Made by a program: the position numbers and the translations under genes | In this document: in pieces, positions 14,041 through 25,900 of the stretch | Numbering within the stretch: position 1 is the first letter of the stretch | Layout: every line of letters begins with the position of its first letter | Notes under the pieces: model-generated | Databases searched by the model: none | Told to the model about the DNA's origin: nothing | What the model saw: only the letters and a program-made list of their open reading frames with translations | Origin: Callorhinchus milii | Lineage: Eukaryota | Assembly (NCBI RefSeq): GCF_018977255.1 | Contig: NW_024704743.1 | Coordinates: 14,138,001 to 14,202,000 of the forward strand | Length of the DNA: 64,000 nucleotides | Direction of reading: 5' to 3'

Positions 14041-15159
14041 TTTCCTGCAAAGGTTGTTGGATTTGTGATCATTTTGGAAACCTTGTGGCAAAACCTTTTA
14101 GATGTCGGTACCTTGTAACTTTGTCATAGTGGCCCGAGACATTGTTATTTTTAGATTTTGTGTTATCGTTACTGACCAGTGATAGAAAATGTTGGCTCTT
14201 TTGACTCAGTGTGAAATACTTCGCGAGAGGCCAAACAGATGATGTAAAAGAGCCGTGAAGAGGGAAGAGCCTTCTCCGCATTTTATATATTCTTCCGTGA
14301 AAAGTGGAAACTAAGAAGTGATGGATGCAGAGTGAGAGTTGGTTGGGATAGAGATGGAAGGCCCAAAATGAATTGGTGCGTGGTTTTCAGATAGAGGAGC
14401 CCGAGGAACAAATCTGGGATAGAGGGAAGAAAACATGGTGAAGGGAGTAAAAGAGAAAGCTGTCAGGGTTAGGTGATGGACTGAGACTGGCAGAGAGGAG
14501 GGCAAAGTGACCACAGGAATCTACCAAGCGAGGGGGAAAGGTATTAAAGGAGAAATTGTTTGGAGGAGCTGGAAGATGGAGGAAGTGGAAAAGAGAGTGG
14601 ACGAAGAGTGAGGAAAGGACCTCGAGAAGGCGAGAGAGATGGGATAATAACTATGGGGTAGGCTGAGTGTGAGTGTGTGTGTGTACGTGTGCATAGGAGG
14701 GGGGGATCAACAAATGCATCCATTAATGTGCGACGTTCACACTCCAGGAAGATCAAAGGTCAGAGAGCAAAAGGTTTACATGACTGTGATACAGATACCG
14801 ACATTAGGCAATCTCTAGATAATAGTTTGTTCTCAGAGTGTACCAAATTCAGCCACTCCTGAAGAATGACTTACAGTGTTGGTGTTTTATAAGCGTCTGA
14901 TATGTAATCCAACCCCTTTTCCTTCCCCTGGTGTGATCTTTTCCTGTTGGCGGATTTATCTGGGGATCTCGTGTGCTGCATTGTTCATTTTGAACATTGG
15001 ACCACTCAATAGGATACGATAGAGGGTATTCCCAATTATCTGGACAGCTTAAGAGGAGATCGTGAAGATATTCATTGGAAGATACAAGGAGTATCCTCCC
15101 AATTGTTGATTCTTATTGGTGTCTGGGGGTTGTAGTGATACCAACTTTTACTTGGGCAT

Positions 15160-16120
15160 TGTCTGAGGGACAAATGGGGCTCTGAGAAGGGGCGTTCTTG
15201 TGTCCCTTCAAAATCAGCAATGTCCTAATGCACATTAAAGTTGTGCCATACAACACATATCCAAGCAGTTCTCCTCATAGTTCCCAGCTCCTTGGCATGC
15301 AGCAGAGAGAAGGGTTTCCTCCGGTCCATTTGTGAAGTCCGGGATAAAGCAGTAAGATAGATTTATACTAAAAAGGGAAGCGGCTGCAGAAAGGGAGGGC
15401 TCTGACCTACTTTGACCTGTTGCTGAGCACCCTGAAGAAAGAATTAGCTTTACAGTGGGTGCGTCTATTTGCCAAAGCCCCTCATGTGAGGCACATTACA
15501 CGCTGTTCTGTTAAGGTCTTCCCACCAAGCTAAAGCAGATGACCATCAAATTGCTGATGAGGAAATTCTGAGGCTTGGGATGACAACTGCTGGGAGGTTG
15601 TACACTTGGGGATGACCACTGCTGGGAGGCATTACTTGGAGTCCAGGTTCATGAGCTAGGTAGGTACACAGCACTCCAGGGGACTGTTGATATCCGATCA
15701 GCCAGCCTGGCTGACTAGCAGACCTAGGAGGTGGCAGATTAGTCACTGGGGACAGGGATTCTTCTAACTTGGTTCTTGTTAACTCTGCAAGCCGAAGCCC
15801 TAACAGTTGAGGCTGATCCTAGCTGGACAAGCAGTGGGAAAGCTTGCCAGACAGTGATATCGATGACAAGCCATGCGGCGTCAGCTGGGTAAGCACCAGC
15901 AATTTCCCAGTGCACACTCTGGGATACCTTTTGCCAATCTCTGCCTTATACTCTCTGGAATTAGATAAACAGAGCATATCCCTCTGGGAGCGAGAGTGTA
16001 TTCCATTCCAGAAATTTCCATGCATAGGTAGCATACATATGTGGAACTCTGTCTGGTCTGGATGCTCTTAAGCGTGGTGATGAGTTTCTGCATGTGTCGG
16101 ATAGACGGTTACCCCCCAAA
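15160..16120 (+). mobile_element. Older copy of the RTE-X-like LINE family
   Basis: Shares GCGTCTATTTGCCAAAGCCCCTCATG, GCTGATGAGGAAA, AAGCCGAAGCCCTAAC and TCTTAAGCGTGGTGATGAGTTTCTGCATGTGTCGGA with other copies. Confidence 0.6.
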
Positions 16121-16832
16121 AAATCTTTTCCCCACCCCCATAGCCTGATTTGAAGCTTCAGCTGCCTTCCTGCCCATTTGTTAAATGTTCCTCTGCTCTG
16201 TAATGCTGTCATTCCCTGTGACAGGATACTTGGAAATTTCCAGGGTGGCTCTTGGAAATAAAGGAGATATCTGGAATGTAGCAATGAACAGAGGGAAAGT
16301 TTGGAAATGTGGGAGTGGGTGGAGGAGGGAAATTATTAACTGGTCCAACAATCAGTGCCTTGGATTTACTGTGTACCTGTGTGGCTTCGCTAGGTGAGCC
16401 TCTCCAGAATCGGTTCAGCCCCACGAAGATCCTACTTACCTCCCATCTCCAAGGAGAATATTCTTAGCTTTGATTTATTCATTTTATTAAACTCAAAAAT
16501 GTGAATGGCTTCAACTCTGAATCATTCTGGTCCCAAGTCAAGTGCTCAATCGATTGAGCTACCTCAGATGGTTCCTGTATTCTTAACTGCCTGGCACCTT
16601 AGGACATCCTCCCGACGTGAAAGGTGCTATATAAATATTATTTTGTTGTTTATTGTTGTTGGAGAAACCACCTCCCTAAAAAGAGAAGTGGGCTGAGATG
16701 AATCCAGATTTGCCTCTCAGCATCTGTTCGAGATTTTTATAANTTTTGTGTGTGTTCATTTTGAATAGGGACAAATATGGCATGGGCACATCAATGCAAT
16801 TTAAATTGTTCTGATTTTTCTAGATTTGAGGA

Positions 16833-16966
16833 ATGGATCCGCTGCAATTTGCGGATCATTTAAAAGAAGAAGGAAACGAAGCATTTAAGCAACATCACTA
16901 CACAGTTGCCATCCAGAAGTATGACCAGGCAATAAAGATCCTGCACCATTTTTTCAATCATGGAAG
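16833..16966 (+). CDS. TRANK1: TRANK1 coding exon 1 ([37 protein letters not shown])
   Basis: Acceptor TTTTTCTAG ending 16823, ATG 16833, donor GTAAAA 16967; canonical TPR pattern. Confidence 0.85.
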
Positions 16967-19900
16967 GTAAAAAAAAATCTGGATTTCAGTGCTTTGTTTT
17001 TCCTTTCAGAGTCCTTTGTACAATTGTCAATTAATAAAGAATACATTATCTGCTTTTACCTCCATTTACAGTTCTGTCTTTAATGTAATTTGTGCATATT
17101 CTGTGCCCCAGTCGAAGGCTTTTTAAAAGATTTTATATATACATATGTATACACAGTTTAATGAGTTTAATTATTTTCTAATTTTTCCTCCCTGTTGGCA
17201 TGTGCCTCTCTGTTCTTGATCCTGGCCTCCATTTGCTTTGGTGCAGTTCCACAGGCTCTGGTTGCCCTCTGATATCTCGCCCAAATGGCTATTGTTCATG
17301 TGTAAAGCACTTTATGTGTGTGTGTGTGTGTGTTGTGGGGGGGCACTCAACTGAAGAGGGCTTCACAACCAAGCCTGACTTCTCTCCTGGTTGACACATA
17401 TGGGCAGTACCAGCAGTACCAGCTGGTACTGCCCATATGTGGCCACCAGGAGAGAAGTCAAAGGGACCCAGAACAGAAACCCTGGCTGTTATTTTCCCCC
17501 TCCCTACCCCAGGGAAGGCTAGAGCCAAGTTATCTTGCCTTAGACCAGAAAACTCAACAAGGGCTAGGATTCTTAACAATAAGCTCCTTCTCTGTAAGAT
17601 GTAATTCTATCCATTACGTTGTTGGGACTGCCTGTCCTCCCTCCTCTCCACCCCACCTAGTGTAAGGCATTCTATGATTTTGTTGCCAAGCAAACAGCAG
17701 CATCTCTAACTGTGCAGGTAGTGAATTCCAGGTTAAATTCATGCTCTGTGTTGAATTAAGTGATTTCAGCTGAATACTGTGACCTTGCTCCAAGAGTGAG
17801 GAATGGGTTGTTTTGTCTCAGTCTAAAGACACGGTGAGTAGTGTTATGAGCAATGGAAACTACAATCACAAGCTTCTACGAGATAGTCCAGCCATATAGG
17901 TAGGAATTTGAGCACAGAGATGTGGAGTTGTTCTGATGTGTTTAAGTTTTACCCTGTGACGCATCTATCCCTACTGTGTGCTGAACTGTAGAAATGGTGT
18001 TTGGGATTATCATCTACCCCAGAGAAACATATGAGCTCCCTGAATAAAACAATGGATGCAAGATTTATATAGCACCTTTCATGTCAATGTGCTTCACTCA
18101 ACTGCCTGGGAGTTGAGCTGGGGTGGCCTGGATGTCCAAGTTCCTTCAGCTCACTGGATCGCCTCCCTCCAGATCACCTCGCCTATTGCCTATCGCCCCC
18201 CCCCCCCCCCCCAATTACAGCATCAAGCAAGTTTTTAAATGAGTTCATTGACCTGTCCTGTTCCAGTTGTTGATTATCCTCTGCCTAAAGAAAATTTAAA
18301 ATTTTATTTACAGTGAATTGGCTGTGTTGTTTTGCAACAAGTCAAATGCCTTGTGTAAGCTGCAAAGATGGCAAGATGCTTTTCACTGTGCAAATTACGC
18401 TATTTCCATGGACCCTATGTACATCAAGGTGAGTGTGTATTTTTATACTTATTAAAGTTAGAGATTTACCACTTTAAATGTGACTCTACAACAACAACAA
18501 AATTAGTTTTGTGTAGCGCCTTTCATGTTGGGAGGTCACGGAGGGCTTTGAAGGTGAGGACCTGGATCTTGAACTGCATCCTCTGTGTGATGGGAAGCCA
18601 GTGGAGTTGGGCAAGGATGGGGGTGATTGGATTGCAGAGCCCAGTGCAGGAGAGGACACTGAGTTCTGGATGATCTGCAGTTTATGGAGGGAGGAGTTGG
18701 GGAAGGCTAACAAGCAAGGAGTTTGCATAGTCGAGCCTCGATGTAATGAATGCCTGTACAAGGGTTTCGATGGCCTGTGGTATGAGACAGTGGCGGAGCC
18801 GGGTGATGTTATAGAGGTGGGGGAAGGCAGAGCGGGTCATGAGACGGATGTAGGGTAGAAAGGACCATTGAGGGTCAAACAAGACGCAGAGGTTCCGGCC
18901 TGGCTTAGTAAGGTGAAGTGTGCATCCTTGGATGACGCTTAATTTGATTCATAATTATTTTCAAAGAGTCAATTATTAGTAAGGATTAACTCCTAACCTC
19001 TGAAGCTCCCTCCTGCCACCCTGTCTTTTCCCCGCTCTATCAGTCTTTACATCTCACCTCAAAACCTACCTCCTCCTTCCCCCTTCATCTCCCCTCCGCT
19101 TGGCATTCGCCATCGTCATTCTTAAGCACTTCAATATATTGTCCTATGTGAAGGGTGCCATAATAATCTGACATGATTCCTATTTCTGATGCAGGGATAC
19201 TACTGGGCTGGCATTGCTATATTCAGGTTAGGAAATGAGCAGTCAGCTTGGGAGTTTATTTGTCAAGGATTGAACATCTTGGACTATGACAGAGAACAGT
19301 ATTGGAATGACATTACAGATTTTATAGTAGGGTTCCTGACTGTGGCTGGTGAGTGGAACGTTACAAGTTATTCTTGCCTGTTAATGGGCTTAACTTTTTT
19401 AAAGAACAAAATCTCTTGTTTGATATAAAGAGGTAAAAGTGAGTCAAATATAGTGTAAAGTGGCATTAGAGCATTTGCTCAACAAATTTTTGAGTAAGAT
19501 TCTATTCCTAAAAATCTTGTCTTCTGATAAATATCACATACATGGATATTCATGGGGAACACATAAAAAATAAGATTTGTAAGCAATTTTATTGGTATTA
19601 GTTGTGTTAAGTTATAACTTTCACTTAATTTGAAACATAGTGCTCACTCCCTACAGTATAAATACAAGGTGGTGTGAATGTTCAGGCAATCTCAATCAAA
19701 GGGTCTGGCAAAAGCAGTGTGTCGAGTTACAATTTGGGATATTCTGCACTGGCACTTAAAACTGCTTAGCAACACTGCTTAGTAACAAGTATTGAAATCT
19801 GGAACTCTCTCCCCCAAAAGGCTGTGGATGCTGGATGCATTCACATCTTCAAGACTGAGGTGGATAGATATTTGTTAGGTCATGTTATTAAGGGATACGG

Positions 19901-22900
19901 GGCAAGGGTCGATAATTGAATATGAGGTACAGGTTAGCCATGATCTTATAGAATGATGGAACAGGCTCGAGGGGCTGAATGGCCTATTCTTGTTTCTATG
20001 CTTCTATTTCATACCATCATGATTTTGGAATGTGAGCTTAGACATGTTGATTTTGCTAAACACACACCTAAGAAATTAATTATTACTTTTTGATAATTGT
20101 TCTGATGGCTTTTGTTGCTCACTTTTCCCTCTGTGTTTGTGTCTCTGGGTCATTTAAGTTGACGCCTCCAGTTAGATGCCTTGTACTTAATGCGCATGCT
20201 GCGGGAGCTTGGATGATGAGACGCTGTTTCTCTGAAAATGCTGGCAGAAAAACTACTCTTCAAATGACCTTACTAAAACTAAAATAATAGCAATTAGAAC
20301 TTTGAAACTTTGAAAACGAGTTCTTCGAAACCAGAACTTTACTTTGATTTAATGAGTTTGTGTGGTCTGTATTTTACAATAATAATTGTCTGCCTGCAGA
20401 AACCTTAAAATTTTGGGTTCTTTAGTTAAGGAAATGTTTTAACTGCTATCCTTATTTCATAGAAAGTGGCTCTCCGGTGGTTAGAATATATATGAATCAT
20501 GTGTTGAGCAAACGATACAGAAGCCACATTTGGCAAGTTGCTCTTGAAAAAGCAGCAAAGAAAAACTTGTGGAAGGTAAACACAATTATTCAATATGTAT
20601 TGATGTTTATGTTTATGTTTATGTTTATGCACATAGTTTGATGGGTAGACAATAGATGTGTCCGGGAATGTGTTTGAATAAGTTCTGAAGTGAATCATAA
20701 GTCATGGGAGTAAAGCTAAAGCAATTTGTACTCTGAATCTTATTATCATCATGGACTAGAATTCATCATTTTGTATTGTATGTAATATTCTTTAGTCGTA
20801 TCAAAACATTACATGCTGATGAAGATATGGAGCGTGACTGGGGTTAAATGGGGATCAAGTGGTGCAGTGGAATGGTCTTTTGACATATTTAAATAATATC
20901 CAGACAAATCGGTTTGAACACTCCCAACTGCTGCCTATAAGAATTTTTATATAAAAATCAGTTTGAGTTTTGTTCCAGTTCCTAGTAGACATAGGTTCAT
21001 AGCTGCCTGTGATTCAGCACCAAATAAGGAATCTCACTGCAAGACCACAGAATGGGAAATGGAAATTCACAGTGGAGGGGGAGGATGTTTTGAAGTGGTG
21101 TTGAGGGGAGAGTATATTGATTGTTGCCCTTGTCAAATTGATTATATTTCCCAGGATTAATGTCACTCCCTTTGATAAATACGTTCAACCACTTCGCATC
21201 ATTATCGACAGCCATACATACGTTCAGCTGCTTTGCCCTGAACTTCTGGAACTTCCTACCTCAATTGCCTATTCCTTCTTTGACCATTGACAATTTCCAC
21301 TGCAATGCCATCAAAGAGCTATTAAAAATAAAATCTCATTAACCGTAGAAATGCAGTCATTATATTTGGAGTTTCCAGGAAACTGATCAGCATATTGACC
21401 TGTTTTATTGTATACTTCCTAGGCTATTTATTTTGTGCTTTGTGAGTTGAAGTATATTCCTGAAAACTACAGCGCCGCTTCGATTTCGCTCAAGGAACTA
21501 TTTGAGGTATGGGTTTTGGAAATAGAATTGTGCAAATTACAATACAAGTACAGTGTTTAAAAAGGGATATATGCAGCGTATAACGTTGCCAGAGAGCTGT
21601 TGACAAAAATCTAGAAACCACATGTTTTGCTCACAAAAGTTGGCTCTTACTAGACCTTGGTTGAAGTGCCACTTGCAATCCAAGATTGGAAGTTTTGCAG
21701 GATTGCGAAAAGCCATTGGGTTGGCCCATCTGGCAGGTCTTCAATGTGGGAAAAAGAAATTTGTCACTCTCTGTCTGGTCCCGTTCAGTCAGTTTCTTTA
21801 TTGAATAAATCTGATTTCCTCTTCAAGGTGCTACAAGCATCCTTCACCCCTCCTTGCCCTTTGTGGGATTTCTTTTGCCCTGTAATGAAGCATTTGAAAT
21901 TTTAATAGATCACACTGTAAACTTCTAAATGTTGTAGTTTAATTGGTTTTGCATTGTTCATTCACTGTACTGAGTCTTCAAGCATCTTAGCAATTCCTTA
22001 TTAAGTCAAAGTTGTAGCTAAACATTTGTTGTAATTCATTTCAAGTATTTTGTTAATTTCTTTTATGCAGTTAAAATCCCTCATGCTTCTCTTTCTAAAG
22101 ATTTGCTTTTCTCTTTATTTGATTTTTAATTGTATTTTCTAATTTCACAGTGGTATCCGAGTCTCAGACCAATCTCCAGGATTACTTTGGTAACAAAACT
22201 GTTTCGTATGTTAGTGATTCATGAAGCAAATCTTGATAGTATTGGACCATACCCTCTTCATGCCATCCTCAGACTTGCTCTAAAGGCTTGTAAGTAGTGC
22301 TTGTTTCAAATATTTTTTTAAATGTAGGCTTTCCATTATTCAATACTTCTTCACTTAACATATTGGTTAGAGCACTCGACTTGCAAGCGAGAGGACCCGG
22401 GTTTGATTCCCGGGCAGGGGGAAAACATTTGACAAGTTTCCTTACTCAACGCGCTTCTGTTTACCGAGCAGTAAGTAGGAACCCAGTTACTTGTTGATTG
22501 ACGGATCACTTTTACGCGGATAATAATCCCTTTAATAATAAATAAATAATAATTTGGTCACTCAATCCATGACTGTTTGTGGGACACTGCTGTGCGCAAT
22601 TGGCTGCCGCGTTCGCCCACAAATATACAGTCAATTCACTTTACAGTGTGTTCTGTGAAGCGCTTTGGGACGTACTCCCGACGTGAAAAGCGCTATATCA
22701 AATGCAAGGATTATTATTATTATTATTATTATTTGATATAGCGCTTTTCACGTCGGGAGGACGTCCCAAAGCACTTCACAGAACACACTGTAAAGTGAAT
22801 TGACTGTATATTTGTGGGCGAACGCGGCATCCAATTGCGCACAGCAATGTCCCACAAACAGTCATGGATTGAAAATGACCAATTATTGTTTTTTTTGAAG

Positions 22901-25900
22901 GGATTATTATTAGGCGTGTGGAGTAAGGAAACTTGCCCAAGGTTTCGCCCTGACCTGCCTGGAAATGACCTCAGATCTCTCGCTTGCAAAGCGAGTGCTC
23001 TAACTACTGAGCTACAGGACTCCACAATTCCACAATTCACTTTACAGTATACTCTGAAGCGCTTTGAGACGTCTCAACGACATGATAACCCTATATCAAA
23101 TACTATTATTATTCTCCTCTGGAAGGCACTGTTTCTGCTAGGTTATATTCACAGCCAATAGAGAACTGAGGAAATATTTGCTTAAAAAGTGCTGGAAATT
23201 AAAATTATTTGGAAAATTGCAGGCATTTGGTGCTTTTGAGGTACATTTTACTGCTAACCTACATTTTTTTCATTTTATTGATTAAAAACTAAACATGAAG
23301 AAACAACACATATTAGATTGTTGCAAAGAACAATATTAATGCTTTCTTTTATAAATACTGGGTGGCCCACTCAGGGAGGGCACACCAGTTTCCACCCCGC
23401 ACTACATTTGAAGGTCTGGAGATCTGCCAAAAACCTGCATTGCTCACCAAGCTTGCCAGTGTCCTGACAACGGGGCTATAGGAGGTCACCACCTCCTGCC
23501 TCTCGAGACCACCACCACTGCACACAGATACAGGGAGTGAGACACAGGGAGTTTGTGTCTCACTCTCTGTGTCTCACTCTCTGTGTCTCACTCTGTGTCT
23601 CAGAGAGTGAGAGAGAGAGACGCGCAGACACGGGGGCGGGTGGGCAGACACAGAAAGAGAGACGTGGACACAGACGCAGAGGGACGCACACGCAGACAGA
23701 GAGAAGCACGCACACATGGACAAAGAGAGAGAGACAGACACACAGAGAGAGAGAGAGACAGACAGACACAGAGAGAGACGCGCACACACCGACACACAGA
23801 GAGAGACGCGCAAACACCGACACACAGAGAGAGACGCGCACACACCGACACACAGAGAGAGACGCGCACACACCGACACACAGAGCGAGACGCGCACATA
23901 CCCTCCCCCCTTGCCCCCGGAGGCAGACCCACCCCTCATACAGACCTACATACAGTGGAGAGACAGACACACAAGCAGGGCCCCGGGGTGAGTGAAGCCC
24001 ATTTCCCACTCGCACCCGGAGCCGCTCCGCCCACAGTAACGTCGTCGAGTAAAGGCTTTTAGGGGAGGGTGGTGTTTATTGCAGATTCTGCAGAAAAACT
24101 GCGACCGCACATTTCTATTGGCCCAGGTTATATTCCATGAGTATCAGCGGTCCTCGAGTACTTTGCCCAACAGCATTATTTATGTGTGAGATCAGACAGC
24201 CAGGCCAGTGAAGGTCAGTGGTCTATTGAGCAGACTTCCTAACAGAGGACGTGGATGGTGATCAGCATTGAGAATTCTAGCTGTTTTTTCTCTCCCTAAC
24301 CCAGGGGGACAAAAGTCAATTGTAGCAACCAATTGCTACCTCTGGGTGAAATCTGGTAACTTCTGGTTTGTATAGCTTTTGTATCGCGCCCAGTGATGAT
24401 TTTTACTTATCAAAAGATCTGTTTCCTATTTTGTCTCAATCTTCCTTATGCACTTCTAGTGAATACTTTACCATTGATGTTCAATACCACCAGTTAATTA
24501 ACTGCTTTGTCGTCTAGAAAACTTCTTCAGTTGCAGCCTGGAAACCTCAGCAAATAGTGAAATAAATGTTGCCTGCAGGTTTTAAGCTATTATTTGTAAA
24601 CTGCTACTTCTTGGGTTGCAGAAATGGTCTTAACTGCTTCAATACTTGGCTTTCAGCAAACATAACTCTGGTTTTGTTCTGTCTAATCTAGTTTTAAATT
24701 GATACATTGTGTTGTTGATTGGTGTTCTATTGCTACGTTTCACTCAAACACTTTTTCTTATATTTTAGATGACAGAAAACTTCTTAAGTTTATTATTACC
24801 CAAAGACCACAACTAAGGCAGAACATTAACCAAACGGATGAAAATGGCGCTTCCCTTTTAAACGTGGTCGCTTCCTATCCCATATCTAGTGGATATGAGT
24901 ATGCTTGTAAGTAAAAGCTTTAGCAGCAATGATATGAAAGATCAGATCAGAATAGATAATTAAAAAGATAATTTCTCAATGAATTTCTACATGGATCATG
25001 TCAAAGTAAAAAGCTATTAGGTAGACAGAAACATGAGACAATTTGAGCAAACTGACACATTGATTTTCCATGAATCCCAACTGCACAAAAGTTGGTTTTG
25101 CACAAAAGTCTCTGCAATATAATGGGTTGAATAATTGATACCTGCATAATTGTTGCCACGGCACAAGTAGCCATGACTTGGCTTTCAAAATTCATTTTTG
25201 TTGGATTTAGATGTTTCTGGATTATGTTTGGATTATTTGTATCTGATTCTGTTATTTTAGTTTATTGTTGGGTGTGTCATTTGTTTGTCAGTCTGACTTG
25301 GAAGAAAAGTAGGGAAAGAAGGTTGATATTGAATTTGCAAAACAATTGTTAAAAACGTGAATCATTTGATTGAAGAATTTGTGTTGGTCCTTACTTCACC
25401 TCGGGGTCTTGAATTTAATTAACCCTTACAATCAGTAGCGCTCTTGCCTCAGAGTCAGAACATTGTGGGTTCAAGCCCCTCATTCCTCTCCCTTAAAATC
25501 CTCCTCCTCTACCGGCCCCCTAAAACCTCTCCCACCTTCATCTCTGATATTTCAACACTCCTCACATCTCTTTGCCTCTGCTCTGATCGCCTCATCATCC
25601 TGGGCGACTTTAACCTACACTTCACCCCTCCTGCTCCATCTCCACAGACTTCTCTTCCCTGCTCTCCTCACTCAACCTCTCCTTACACATAAACTCCCCC
25701 ACTCACAGTCACGGCCACCCACTCGATTTGGTGATCACCCGGGGCCTCAGTGTCTCGGATGTCACTATTACCGACAAGGCCATCTCTGACCACCACTTCA
25801 TCTCCTTCACCACCTCCACCCCCCTCCCCACCTCCACCAGACCCACCACCATCTTCTACCGCCCTTGGAAGAAGTTACCCCCACAATCCCTAACCGATGC

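Noticed and set aside
12709..14118. Gly-rich ORFs up to 338 aa
   Set aside because: Translations of the G-rich minisatellite.
16743..16743. Ambiguous bases (n at 16743 and ~37238)
   Set aside because: Single intronic assembly ambiguities next to homopolymers; no biological meaning.
23537..24062. ORFs of RERDAHT / VCVSL type
   Set aside because: Dinucleotide-derived repeats open in all frames.
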